A stretch of DNA of 45,073 nucleotides from an uncultured Bacilli bacterium (GCA_905236535.1 CAJOQN010000073.1:1-45073); one strand, 5' to 3'. Positions 1 through 9,032 are shown, numbered from the stretch's first letter. Program-made: numbers and translations. Notes: generated by a model not told the origin, from the letters alone.

Positions 1-1740
1 AACGGAATAAATACAAGCACAACAGAAAAATACCAAAACACAATTACCATTTCTTCTGGGGATGCAAATATTACCGGTTCTGGTGGCGCGTCCATTAAAT
101 ACAATAATGCGAGTGGCCAACAAAGGTTTAGATATTATAAATCAGAATCAGACCAACAAAGCGTCCAACTTTACAAGCAAGGTTCTGCTTCAAATGTCCC
201 TGTTGTGGGAGTTAAATTAGATCAAAGTGAAGCCTCTGTTATCCTTAATGAAACACTATCCTTAACCGCGACAGTTTTACCAAGTGATGCCACAAACAAA
301 AAAGTGACTTGGTCATCTTCCAACACAAATGTTGCCAAAGTAACAAACGGTGTTGTTACCGGTGTTTCTGGTGGAAGCGCCACTATTACGGTTGCTACTG
401 AAGATGGAGATTATAAAGCAACTTGTGTTGTCACAGTTGTGGTTCCTGTTTTAGTGGAGAATATTATTGCTGATGAAACCGAGCTTGAACTTGGTGTTGG
501 TGAATCCACTGAAATTTCAATCAATATTGAACCCAATAACGCTACAAATCAAAGCGTAGTTTGGGCCTCTTCAAACACCAGTGTTGCTACCGTTGATCAA
601 AACGGAAACATCGAAGCTAAAGCTGTTGGCACCGCGACCATTACTGTTTCTGCACAAGATGGAAGTAATGTTAAAGAAACCATTAGTGTTACCGTTACTG
701 TTCCACGCAACACCATTAAGCCTTTATATGATTTAAGCGATGATTCATCTTATGGTGAATTCTATGGTTTATACATGGGTTACTACGAAGAAATTAAAAA
801 TAGCACAAGTTATTACAACTTATTCATTGGAAGTGGTGACTATGCAATTATGATTTATCAATATGAAACAATGCCAACTTATACTCCATACGAAACATAT
901 TTACGTGTAAGCGGTGGCACACTTGGTATTTATAGCAACCTTTATGAAATAAAGAATTGTTCATCTCTCGAAACAATTACGGCAGAACAAGCCGAATCCT
1001 TGGTTGAACCACTAGTTCTTTATAATGTTACAGGAACAGAAGATGGCTCGACAAATGAAATAAAAAGAGTTGCTTCTAGGCCAGTCCTTGTTTCTGGAAC
1101 AGTGAAACAAATTGTAAAAGGTTCATTTACATCAAGCGGAGACACGGAAGTTAAAGTTACATTAGAAAATGGAAACGACACCACTATCTTCTGCAAAGCA
1201 AGATTAAATAATTTAGAGGAATTAGAAGAAGCTCTTGGAACAGTTGGAAATACCTTTACTATTAGAGGTTTCACATCTATTTATAATTCCAACTTCCAAA
1301 TTGTCGCTCCGACAGTGGTCAAAGCTGATGAGTCATATACCGCAGAATTGTTTGCGCAAGATTTATTAGAAGCCACAAATGATATTTGTTCTGATAATGG
1401 AACAGAAAATAATTATTCAGCATTATCTGCGGTTTGGGCTTCCTTAAAAATGAATAAATTCAGCAAACTCAACGAAACAGAAATTGAAATATTATTAAAC
1501 ACTGTTGCTAATTCTGGTGGAACCGACATTGAAAACGCGATGGCAAGATATGATCACATCTGTGTTAGATATGGTTTAGAAAACTTCGTTGGAAGAAGTA
1601 CTGCGAATAGAACAAACCATTATTTGATGGAATTCACTCAAAGCAATTATACTTTAATCATAACCGTTTCTATTATTTCCACCGCTCTTGCTGTAGGAGC
1701 ATATTTATTCCTTAAAAATAGAAAATATTCGCAAAAATAA
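1..1740 (+). CDS. Surface protein, 5'-truncated at the window edge: two tandem Big_2 (bacterial Ig-like group 2) domains, a central beta-rich region (possibly OB-fold-like), and a C-terminal single transmembrane anchor
   Basis: Frame 1 is open from nt 1, with no stop before the track's GTG at 205, so the ORF enters from upstream. There are two Big_2-type repeats (VTWSSSNTNVAKVTNGVVTGVSGGSATITVATEDG and VVWASSNTSVATVDQNGNIEAKAVGTATITVSAQDG). The C-terminal hydrophobic helix LIITVSIISTALAVGAYLFL is followed by the basic KNRKYSQK. The stop is TAA at 1738-1740. Confidence 0.7.
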   Translation, partial: NGINTSTTEKYQNTITISSGDANITGSGGASIKYNNASGQQRFRYYKSESDQQSVQLYKQGSASNVPVVGVKLDQSEASVILNETLSLTATVLPSDATNKKVTWSSSNTNVAKVTNGVVTGVSGGSATITVATEDGDYKATCVVTVVVPVLVENIIADETELELGVGESTEISINIEPNNATNQSVVWASSNTSVATVDQNGNIEAKAVGTATITVSAQDGSNVKETISVTVTVPRNTIKPLYDLSDDSSYGEFYGLYMGYYEEIKNSTSYYNLFIGSGDYAIMIYQYETMPTYTPYETYLRVSGGTLGIYSNLYEIKNCSSLETITAEQAESLVEPLVLYNVTGTEDGSTNEIKRVASRPVLVSGTVKQIVKGSFTSSGDTEVKVTLENGNDTTIFCKARLNNLEELEEALGTVGNTFTIRGFTSIYNSNFQIVAPTVVKADESYTAELFAQDLLEATNDICSDNGTENNYSALSAVWASLKMNKFSKLNETEIEILLNTVANSGGTDIENAMARYDHICVRYGLENFVGRSTANRTNHYLMEFTQSNYTLIITVSIISTALAVGAYLFLKNRKYSQK

Positions 1741-1751
1741 GGAGGTTTTGC

Positions 1752-3668
1752 ATGAACAAAAGAGGATTATTAATCTTATCCCCTATTACCGTTACTGTCG
1801 TTGGAGTGAGCTTTATTTTAGGATCATCTCCAAAACAAAGTGCGTTTGTCTATGCCTATGACACATCTAAATTACCAACCACTATTTCTTTAAAAGATAA
1901 CACCGAGGAAGAAATTAGAAATTATTATTCTTCTTTAAACTCTTTGTCTGAAAATGAAAGGCAAGGAAATAATCTATTAAAGAATTTAAAAACCATCCTT
2001 AAAAATGATCAAAAATATTATTCATACGATACCGATAACAACGGTCGAAAGATTTGGCAAATTTATGAAATCGCTGATCGCGATTGGATAAAATCACCAG
2101 CTTCTGAATTAGAGGGTTATGACCCATCGACCAACACCATTAATAATTACGAATACGGCACTAGCGCATCTAATAAAGGAAGTAATCCATATATTCATGC
2201 CTTATATGTAAATAGAGAAGCCGAAAACAATGTTAGAGCATGGGCAACTACTTCTGAAGGAAAAACCAGTCACGGCAATAACGCTGAGTGGTGTATTGAT
2301 AGAGAGCACATTTGGCCAAAATCACAAGGTTTTGAAGAACAAGGCAAAGGAGGTGCGAGAGGCGATCCAATGCACCTTTGGCCAGGAGATAGTGATGTTA
2401 ATAGCGCTATCCACAACAATAATCTTTATGGTTTTGTTAACGATTCAAAAATTACATCTCGTGGAAAATGGTCTTATGGCACCTCAAACCTATTAGGAAA
2501 ATCTACAACACTAAATAATAGTAATGATGTTTTTGAACCACAAGATAGTGATAAAGGTGATATTGCTAGATCTATTTTCTATATGGTCGCCCGTTATAAC
2601 GATATCGCAGGGGATGACACTATTGATAAAGACAATCCAAATCTCGAATTGGTTCAAGATAATACTGTTTTAGCGTCTTATACCTCATCAAAAACCGTCA
2701 CTGGTAAAATGGGTATTTTAACAGACTTATTAGAATGGAATAAACTTGATCCTGTTGATGAATTTGAAATTCATAGAAACAATTTGCTGTTTAATAATTA
2801 CACAAATAATAGAAATCCATTTATCGATTTCCCAGAATGGGCAGATTATATTTGGGGAACCGTTGAATATGACGGAAAACAATTTGTTTCACACACCAGC
2901 ACTCCTTCTGGAGCGGCAAATCCTCAAACCGATTCTATCAACGATTCGAAAAAGATTGCATCCTTAACGGTTTCTGGAACGCTTAGCAAAAACACATATT
3001 ATGAACACGAACAATTTAACCCTAATGGATTAACCATCACCGCCACTTATGATGATGCTAGTGAAGAAAACGTTACCGATAAAATTAATTGGCCCACCGA
3101 TTTAGAGGCTTCAATTACCACAATCACCGCTTCTTATGGTGGCAAAACCGTTGATATAACCATTAATCCTGTCATTCAAAATGTTTTAATGGGTATCTCT
3201 GTTTCTGGGGCTATAACAGAGTTCTGTCAAAGAGATTCTTTCTATTTTGATGGAACGGTAACTGCCACATATCAATATCCAGAAGAAAGTCCTGTAACGA
3301 AAACAATAACAAAAGGATATGTTGTCGATCCAGAAAACGGAACCCAGTTACCGTATGCTGGAGACTTCGAAGTGACCATAAGTTATACCGAGCACGATGT
3401 AACAAAAGAAGCAACTTACATCATCTCTATAACTAGAAAGCTAATTACTGAAGAATCGTGGTTCTTGCCGGCATTAATTGGTTTGGGTATTTTATTGGTT
3501 CTTATTGTTATTATCATAATTATGCTTTCAAGCAAAAAAGGTAGAAAGAAACTCAAAAAGGCCGCAGCAAAGACAGCCAAATCAACAGTGAAATCCTTTG
3601 TGAAGAGCCAAAGCAAATCCTCTTCTTCCACGAAGAAGAAATCATCATCCACAACGAAAAAGAAATAG
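1752..3668 (+). CDS. Membrane-anchored extracellular nuclease of the endonuclease I family, with two C-terminal Ig-like (group 3-like) domains, a TM anchor and a Lys/Ser-rich tail
   Basis: SD AAGGAGG lies 7 nt upstream of the ATG. The N-terminal signal-like segment is LLILSPITVTVVGVSFILG...VYA. Endonuclease I-type motifs are REHIWPKSQGF, GDPMHLWPGDSDVNSAIHNN, DKGDIARSIFYMVARY and NNRNPFIDFPEWADYIWG. Two Ig-like repeats follow (LTVSGTLSKNTYYEHEQFNPNGLTITATYDD... and ISVSGAITEF...GTVTATYQY...). The TM helix is WFLPALIGLGILLVLIVIIIIML, followed by a K/S-rich tail of about 45 aa. Confidence 0.8.
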   Translation: MNKRGLLILSPITVTVVGVSFILGSSPKQSAFVYAYDTSKLPTTISLKDNTEEEIRNYYSSLNSLSENERQGNNLLKNLKTILKNDQKYYSYDTDNNGRKIWQIYEIADRDWIKSPASELEGYDPSTNTINNYEYGTSASNKGSNPYIHALYVNREAENNVRAWATTSEGKTSHGNNAEWCIDREHIWPKSQGFEEQGKGGARGDPMHLWPGDSDVNSAIHNNNLYGFVNDSKITSRGKWSYGTSNLLGKSTTLNNSNDVFEPQDSDKGDIARSIFYMVARYNDIAGDDTIDKDNPNLELVQDNTVLASYTSSKTVTGKMGILTDLLEWNKLDPVDEFEIHRNNLLFNNYTNNRNPFIDFPEWADYIWGTVEYDGKQFVSHTSTPSGAANPQTDSINDSKKIASLTVSGTLSKNTYYEHEQFNPNGLTITATYDDASEENVTDKINWPTDLEASITTITASYGGKTVDITINPVIQNVLMGISVSGAITEFCQRDSFYFDGTVTATYQYPEESPVTKTITKGYVVDPENGTQLPYAGDFEVTISYTEHDVTKEATYIISITRKLITEESWFLPALIGLGILLVLIVIIIIMLSSKKGRKKLKKAAAKTAKSTVKSFVKSQSKSSSSTKKKSSSTTKKK

Positions 3669-3683
3669 GAGACATTAGTCTCC
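3668..3683. terminator. Short hairpin between convergent genes; possible bidirectional terminator
   Basis: GGAGAC (3668-3673), loop ATTA, GTCTCC (3678-3683), followed by a T-rich tract (tttcttttcttcttttt). It overlaps the stop codons of both convergent genes. The stem is only 6 bp. Confidence 0.35.
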
Positions 3684-4865
3684 TTTCTTTTCTTCTTTTT
3701 GTTTAACAACAATTCGATAATCTGGAAGCTCTTCCCAATCTGGATGAGCGTTTATAACTTTGTCTAAAGCTTCGTTAAACAATTCCGCTTCAATATCTCT
3801 TCTATTTTTTGGTACGCGTTTAAATGCGCTTGCGACAAGTGAAAGAGATAAGACGGTTTCAGAATGAGATCTATCAACAAGACCTGAGATTAAAATATAG
3901 GTTCTAATTGAAGGCATAGAAACATCTTTGGAAATTTCTCTAACGATATGAATGTCGAGATTATCTTTATATTTCTCTTTAATTTCTTCGTTACTTAATT
4001 GAATGAGTTGAATATAGATTTTTTGGGCTCTCGCACGAAGATAAACTTTATAAGAAACATCTTTTTCATTTGAAAGAATAATATCTAATAATTCTTCAGC
4101 TTGAGAGAATTCTCTTTTATCTAATAGGGCGTAAACCTTATTCATGTTTAAGTCCGCGGTGAAATTGGTAATAACATCAAAGGTTTTAATTTCCACATCG
4201 GTATTACCAAGCTCAATCTCGTGTTGGACTCTTAATAATTCATTGAAAGCCACTTTGTTCTTAGGATTAGAGAGAAGAGTTAATTGATAACCGTCGGTTT
4301 TAGAATCTAATCTCATTGGGATGATGTTATAAAGGAGGATGACTCCACCAACAACACCCATGGTTAATAAGAAATAACCAAGGTTGATAAGGAAGAAGTT
4401 GTTTTCTTTATTAGAGAGGAACATAAAAGCGGTCACCAATCCAATAATTTCAACCGCATAGAAAAGAGAACCAAATAACAAATAAGGACGGGGGTTGGAT
4501 TGTTTGTTTTCATCGTTATATAAAGGGAGGATTTTTGTTTCTCCAGTAAAACCATCAAAACCTTTTGGGAATTGAAATTTGAATTTATCATCTTCGTTTC
4601 TGGCAAAAGAAAAGCCCAAAATATTGACGGAAAGAATTTTATACTTTCCAGCTTTCGCTCCTGCAATATGGGCGAGTTCAAACAAGATTGCGTTTACTAA
4701 TAGTCCAGAAAGAACCGCGCCAACGATAAAGCCCCAGTATCCCCAGAACCCTAAAGGTTGTCCAGTAGCCCCAGAATTATTCCTTAAGACGGTAAAGCAA
4801 AAGACCACAGCCAATCCGACTATGAGAAGATAAACTATATATCCACTAATTTCTTCTTTCTTCAT
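3675..4865 (-). CDS. Polytopic membrane protein related to M50 / site-2-protease-type zinc peptidases, with a degenerate metal site (FELAH instead of HExxH) and a C-terminal alpha-helical soluble domain of about 190 aa
   Basis: SD AGGAGGGG lies upstream of the ATG at 4865. LFELAHIAGAKAGKYKILSVNILGFSF aligns by eye with the M50 block HEhGHxxxA+xxG....GFG. LYNIIPMRLDSKTDGYQL resembles the second M50 block NhhPxxxLDGG. Several hydrophobic helices lie in residues 1-190, and the remainder is hydrophilic. Confidence 0.5.
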   Translation of the reverse strand: MKKEEISGYIVYLLIVGLAVVFCFTVLRNNSGATGQPLGFWGYWGFIVGAVLSGLLVNAILFELAHIAGAKAGKYKILSVNILGFSFARNEDDKFKFQFPKGFDGFTGETKILPLYNDENKQSNPRPYLLFGSLFYAVEIIGLVTAFMFLSNKENNFFLINLGYFLLTMGVVGGVILLYNIIPMRLDSKTDGYQLTLLSNPKNKVAFNELLRVQHEIELGNTDVEIKTFDVITNFTADLNMNKVYALLDKREFSQAEELLDIILSNEKDVSYKVYLRARAQKIYIQLIQLSNEEIKEKYKDNLDIHIVREISKDVSMPSIRTYILISGLVDRSHSETVLSLSLVASAFKRVPKNRRDIEAELFNEALDKVINAHPDWEELPDYRIVVKQKEEKKGD

Positions 4866-4993
4866 TTATTGCCCCTCCTAGGACCTTTAAGTATTGGTCC
4901 CTTAATCATTTTTGTTGATAGCCAACAAAGGTGTACTATCTTGATCGGTGGGGTCATACCTAATCTATTGTTAGGCTCACTAAGTGATACCTA

Positions 4994-5021
4994 TTCTATC
5001 ATTTTTTGCTTTCATTTCAAC
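4994..5021 (-). promoter_or_regulatory. Candidate sigma-A-type promoter for the M50-like gene
   Basis: On the minus strand: TTGAAA (5021-5016), a 16-nt spacer ending in TGa, then TAGAAT (4999-4994), which makes an extended -10. This predicts a 5' leader of about 120 nt. Confidence 0.4.
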
Positions 5022-5089
5022 TTTAAGCGCTTTTATAACGCTGTTAATTGATATATTTTATTGAAAATATGGCGTTTTTGATGTGGTTT

Positions 5090-5653
5090 TTAGAATTTTG
5101 TTTCTTTTTTTCTAATTTCTCTAGCAATCGCAATCGCATTCTCTAAGAACCTTGGACCAAGAAAAGAAATTGAAGTTTTCATACTTTCTAAAGATTTAAT
5201 TCTGGTGTTAACAAGGTAGATTACTATCGCGTTTGAATAACCAGAGGCATAGAATCTAGAGATATTCTTTTTATCCACGATTGGTAAGAATTGTCCTTCT
5301 GGGTGATTGTTGATAATCTTCAAAAAGACATGGTAGCAACTGTTATAAATAAATTCTGAGAACAAATCTTTTCCAGCGGACGCTAAAGTTGCATCGATAA
5401 ATCCGGAATTCTTTGAATAATAGTTATAAATACAAAGGAGAAGATCTCTTGAATTATTAACATCTTTTAAGCCGTCCATTCTTTCATCCAAAAAAACCAA
5501 AGTTAATAAATCATAGATGTCATGGAAGTGATAATAAAACGTTTTGCGATTAATATCACACGCTCTTGAAAGCGACATCACTGAAATGTCGTCCAAAGGT
5601 TGGACCGCCATCATTTCTTTAAGTTTTTTTGCTAAAAGATGTTCGGTTTTCAT
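5090..5653 (-). CDS. TetR/AcrR-family transcriptional regulator (resembles the dihydroxyacetone-kinase-regulator-like subgroup)
   Basis: The N-terminal HTH region is ISVMSLSRACDINRKTFYYHFHDIYDLL. The length of 187 aa is typical for TetR proteins. Its ATG overlaps the psuG TGA stop (ATGA, 5650-5653). Confidence 0.75.
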   Translation of the reverse strand: MKTEHLLAKKLKEMMAVQPLDDISVMSLSRACDINRKTFYYHFHDIYDLLTLVFLDERMDGLKDVNNSRDLLLCIYNYYSKNSGFIDATLASAGKDLFSEFIYNSCYHVFLKIINNHPEGQFLPIVDKKNISRFYASGYSNAIVIYLVNTRIKSLESMKTSISFLGPRFLENAIAIAREIRKKETKF

Positions 5654-6552
5654 TTAAGAGAATATTCCTTTGCGATTAACGCTCCTAATTTTGCGTTATT
5701 TAAAACTAATTGAATATTGGATTCTAAAGAATCACCACCGGTTAATTCCACTATTGTTTTTAATAAGAATGGGGTACTTTCTTTACCCTTGATTCCTTGT
5801 TTATCCATCTCTTTAATGGCTTTATCAATCGCGTCTTTAATAATTTTTGAATCCATTGAATATTCTTCTGGAATTGGGTTGGTGATTAAAACTCCCCCGC
5901 ATAAATTGTTTGTTCTTTTTTGATAAATTATGTCTGCAATTTCTTTTGGAGAATCGACTCTATAATCAACCTTGTGCCCTGAGTGACGGGTGAAGAAATC
6001 TGGTAATTCATCGGTTTGATAACCAAGGACAGGAACACCCATTGTTTCTAAATATTCAAGAGTTAAAGGAATGTCCAATATTGATTTAGGGCCAGCACAT
6101 ACAACACTGACGTTGGTCTTGGCGAGTTCTTGTAAATCCGCGGAGATATCCATGGTGGTTTGGGCCCCTCTATGAACACCACCGAGACCACCAGTCACAA
6201 AGACTTCAATACCAGCTTCATTTGCCAAAATCATAGTGGCAGACACTGTTGTTGCACCCCACATCTTTTTCGCATATATTACTGGAATATCTCTACGAGA
6301 TACTTTAATAATTCCTTTTCTTTTTCCAAATTCTTCAATTTCTTCTGGAGTCATGCCAATGATTCCAACACCATCAACGATGCCAATCGTCGCAGGAACC
6401 GCTCCATTATCTCTAATAACTTTTTCCACTTTTAAAGCGGTTTCAACATTTTTAGGATAAGGCATTCCGTGTGAAATAATCGTACTTTCTAAAGCTACGA
6501 CTGGTTTTCCTGTTTCTAATGCTTTTTTAACTTCTGGATTTATCTTGATCAT
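5650..6552 (-). CDS. psuG: Pseudouridine-5'-phosphate glycosidase
   Basis: Full-length match by eye to the PsuG/YeiN (indigoidine synthase A-like) family: PVVALESTIISHGMPYPKNVETA, VFVTGGLGGVHRGA, VVCAGPKSILD. Length 300 aa. Confidence 0.9.
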   Translation of the reverse strand: MIKINPEVKKALETGKPVVALESTIISHGMPYPKNVETALKVEKVIRDNGAVPATIGIVDGVGIIGMTPEEIEEFGKRKGIIKVSRRDIPVIYAKKMWGATTVSATMILANEAGIEVFVTGGLGGVHRGAQTTMDISADLQELAKTNVSVVCAGPKSILDIPLTLEYLETMGVPVLGYQTDELPDFFTRHSGHKVDYRVDSPKEIADIIYQKRTNNLCGGVLITNPIPEEYSMDSKIIKDAIDKAIKEMDKQGIKGKESTPFLLKTIVELTGGDSLESNIQLVLNNAKLGALIAKEYSLK

Positions 6553-9025
6553 CTTTTAGCCACTTCCTTCCTCTAATAAGTTCAATCATATAAGTCGAAT
6601 ATAAATAAAGTGTAATTGCAATAATTCCAACGAGTGATAATATTAACCAGTTTCTCATATTGAGATAACCAATACCCATCTTTAATAAATTGTTTTCCAT
6701 CGCTCCACTATATGAATAGATCGAAAATCCTACCAAAACACCAATACCAGCTAAAGCGCTGATAATAAACACCAAGGTGCGGTATTTATCTAATGGAGTG
6801 CATACTTTATATAAAACCACAAAGCTAAAGACAGAATAGGCAATAATACACATGGTCACGGTTTGAATATATCCAACCGTTGCCCCATCAAAAGCCCCTT
6901 CTCCAGAATATGGATAGCTTCCTAATCCAAAATATCCAATTCCATTAATTCTTAAGAAATACATGATGAAGAACACAACCACAATTAAAACCGCAACAGA
7001 TCCAGCAGGAATAGCCTTAACAAAGACATTTCTAAGGAACGATTTACCATTAATTTCTTCTCTATTTGGTTGAAGAGCCACAAAAAATGATGGAATACCA
7101 ATACTAAGAGCGTCCCAAATATACATATTATTTGGTCTGAATGGGTAGAGATAATTCTTATTAATAATATTAATAATTAAGAAGATAAGTGTTAAAGTCA
7201 TCGCAAAGAATGTTTTGGTTAAGAATAAGGATGCGGTCCTCTGCAAATTATTAATAACTCTACGGCCTTCGCCAACGATGTCTGGGAGCCTTGAAAAATC
7301 TGAATCTAATAAAACAACATGTGAAACATTTCTAGCAGCTTCGCTTCCACTGGCCATTGCAATAGAACAATCTGCTCTCTTTAAGGCGAGAATATCATTA
7401 ACGCCATCACCAGTCATCGCAACGGTATTTCCTGCTTCTTTAAGGGTCAAAATTATTATTTCTTTTTGTTCTGGAGTAACTCTCCCAAAAACATTATATT
7501 TGTTCGCGGCTTTTCTAACTTGATCGTCACTTAAACCTTGTAAAGAAATATAGTTTTCAGCATTAGAAATACCAACGGATTTAGCAATTTCACTGACAGT
7601 TTGAGCATCATCTCCGGAAATAACTTTAATAGCGACACCATTATCCTTAAACCATTGGAAGGTTTCTAAAGCATCGGCTTTGATATTGTCTTTTAAAATA
7701 ATAAGAGCCACTATTTCACAACGCTCGTTGAAGGTGCTCTCTTTAATTGGATAAATAGAGCGAGCCAACGCTAGAACTCTATGTCCTTTCATGGTGAATT
7801 CTTTGGCTCTTTGAATAACGCCTTCTTTGTTTTTAAGATTGATAAAATCAATCGCGCCTAAAATATATGTACCTTTTGTTCCAAAAGAGGCGGCAGAATA
7901 CTTGGTTTGACTAGTAAACGGAATAACAGCGGTCGCGGTTAATGTTGATTCGAAATTACACGCTTCTTTTAACGCTTTAGCAGTTAAATTGCTATCTTGT
8001 GTCGCATTAATTAAATTAGCGATTATTTGTTTAATCTGGCTTTCTGATTGTTCGGAAAGAGGAACGATTGATGATAATGACATCGTACCATCAGTGATTG
8101 TTCCAGTTTTATCAACGCATAAGACATTTGCTCTAGCAAGCATCTCAATAGAGTACAATTCTTGGACCGAGGCTCTTTTTTGATAAAGGTTGATAACTCC
8201 AACCGCTAAAGTTGTAGATGTTAACAAATATAATCCGGTTGGAATCATTGAAACAATAGAGCCAGCGATTGACCCAATCGCGTTTTTAATGTTTCCAACA
8301 CCATTGAATTTTCCTTGAATTGCATAGGTAATAACCATTCCAGCAGCCAAAGAAATAACAACAGCAGAAATGATTTTGAATAAGGTTTTTAAATTTTTGA
8401 GAATTTGAGATGGGGATCTCTTAAATTTCTTAGCTTTCGCGGATAATTGCTGGATATAACTGTTATTTCCAACTTTTTCTGCTTTGATATAGCAAGTTCC
8501 ACCGACAACATAAGAACCAGAGAAAACTTCATCTCCTAAATTTTTATCAATTGATCTACTTTCACCAGTGATTTGTGATTCATTAACAATAATCGCGCCT
8601 TCAACAATTCTTCCATCAACAGGAATTTGGAACGATTCTTTTAAAAGAACAATATCGTCTTGAACAATGTCATCGGATTTAACTTCAATTAATTGACCAT
8701 CTCTTAGAACTTCGAATTTTGCCGCAGTCATAATTTTCATCTTCTTCATAAGATGGCGAGCGTATAAGTCTTCACTTAAACCAATAATGACATTCGCAAG
8801 AAGGATGGCCATGAAGAAAAGGGAGCCCCATTGACCAGCGTAAATTAATAACCCCGCAACAATATATAAAACAACATTAAAAAATGACAAAACATTTGTG
8901 GCGATTATTTCCCAAACGCTTTTGCCAACCACCATTACGGTTTTATTGGTTAATCCTTTTTGTTTTCTTTCTTGAACCTCAGGTGCGGAAAGACCAGTTA
9001 ATGTTTCTTTGTTTGTGATGTGCAT
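6527..9025 (-). CDS. Cation-transporting P-type ATPase (HAD-IC type, ion specificity unknown)
   Basis: Motifs present: TGES (ITGESRS), the phosphorylation site CVDKTGTITDG, and the hinge MTGDGVNDILALKRAD. There are multiple TM helices at both ends. I moved the start to the ATG at 9025 (MHITNKETL...), because the track's longer start runs through the tadA terminator hairpin. The 3' end overlaps the psuG start by 26 nt. Confidence 0.85.
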   Translation of the reverse strand: MHITNKETLTGLSAPEVQERKQKGLTNKTVMVVGKSVWEIIATNVLSFFNVVLYIVAGLLIYAGQWGSLFFMAILLANVIIGLSEDLYARHLMKKMKIMTAAKFEVLRDGQLIEVKSDDIVQDDIVLLKESFQIPVDGRIVEGAIIVNESQITGESRSIDKNLGDEVFSGSYVVGGTCYIKAEKVGNNSYIQQLSAKAKKFKRSPSQILKNLKTLFKIISAVVISLAAGMVITYAIQGKFNGVGNIKNAIGSIAGSIVSMIPTGLYLLTSTTLAVGVINLYQKRASVQELYSIEMLARANVLCVDKTGTITDGTMSLSSIVPLSEQSESQIKQIIANLINATQDSNLTAKALKEACNFESTLTATAVIPFTSQTKYSAASFGTKGTYILGAIDFINLKNKEGVIQRAKEFTMKGHRVLALARSIYPIKESTFNERCEIVALIILKDNIKADALETFQWFKDNGVAIKVISGDDAQTVSEIAKSVGISNAENYISLQGLSDDQVRKAANKYNVFGRVTPEQKEIIILTLKEAGNTVAMTGDGVNDILALKRADCSIAMASGSEAARNVSHVVLLDSDFSRLPDIVGEGRRVINNLQRTASLFLTKTFFAMTLTLIFLIINIINKNYLYPFRPNNMYIWDALSIGIPSFFVALQPNREEINGKSFLRNVFVKAIPAGSVAVLIVVVFFIMYFLRINGIGYFGLGSYPYSGEGAFDGATVGYIQTVTMCIIAYSVFSFVVLYKVCTPLDKYRTLVFIISALAGIGVLVGFSIYSYSGAMENNLLKMGIGYLNMRNWLILSLVGIIAITLYLYSTYMIELIRGRKWLKDDQDKSRS

Positions 9026-9032
9026 ATATACA

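Noticed and set aside
3416-3712. 98-aa minus-strand ORF overlapping the nuclease 3' end, and the apparent repeat structure of the K/S-rich tail
   Set aside because: The ORF is the antisense shadow of the AAG/AAA/TCN-rich tail-coding sequence. It has no SD, and it overlaps the real start-proximal region of no gene.
4869-5051. 60-aa hydrophobic plus-strand ORF in the intergenic region between the M50-like gene and the TetR gene
   Set aside because: It has a TTG start and no SD, and it runs opposite to both neighbours. The region is better explained as the promoter and structured leader of the minus-strand M50-like gene.
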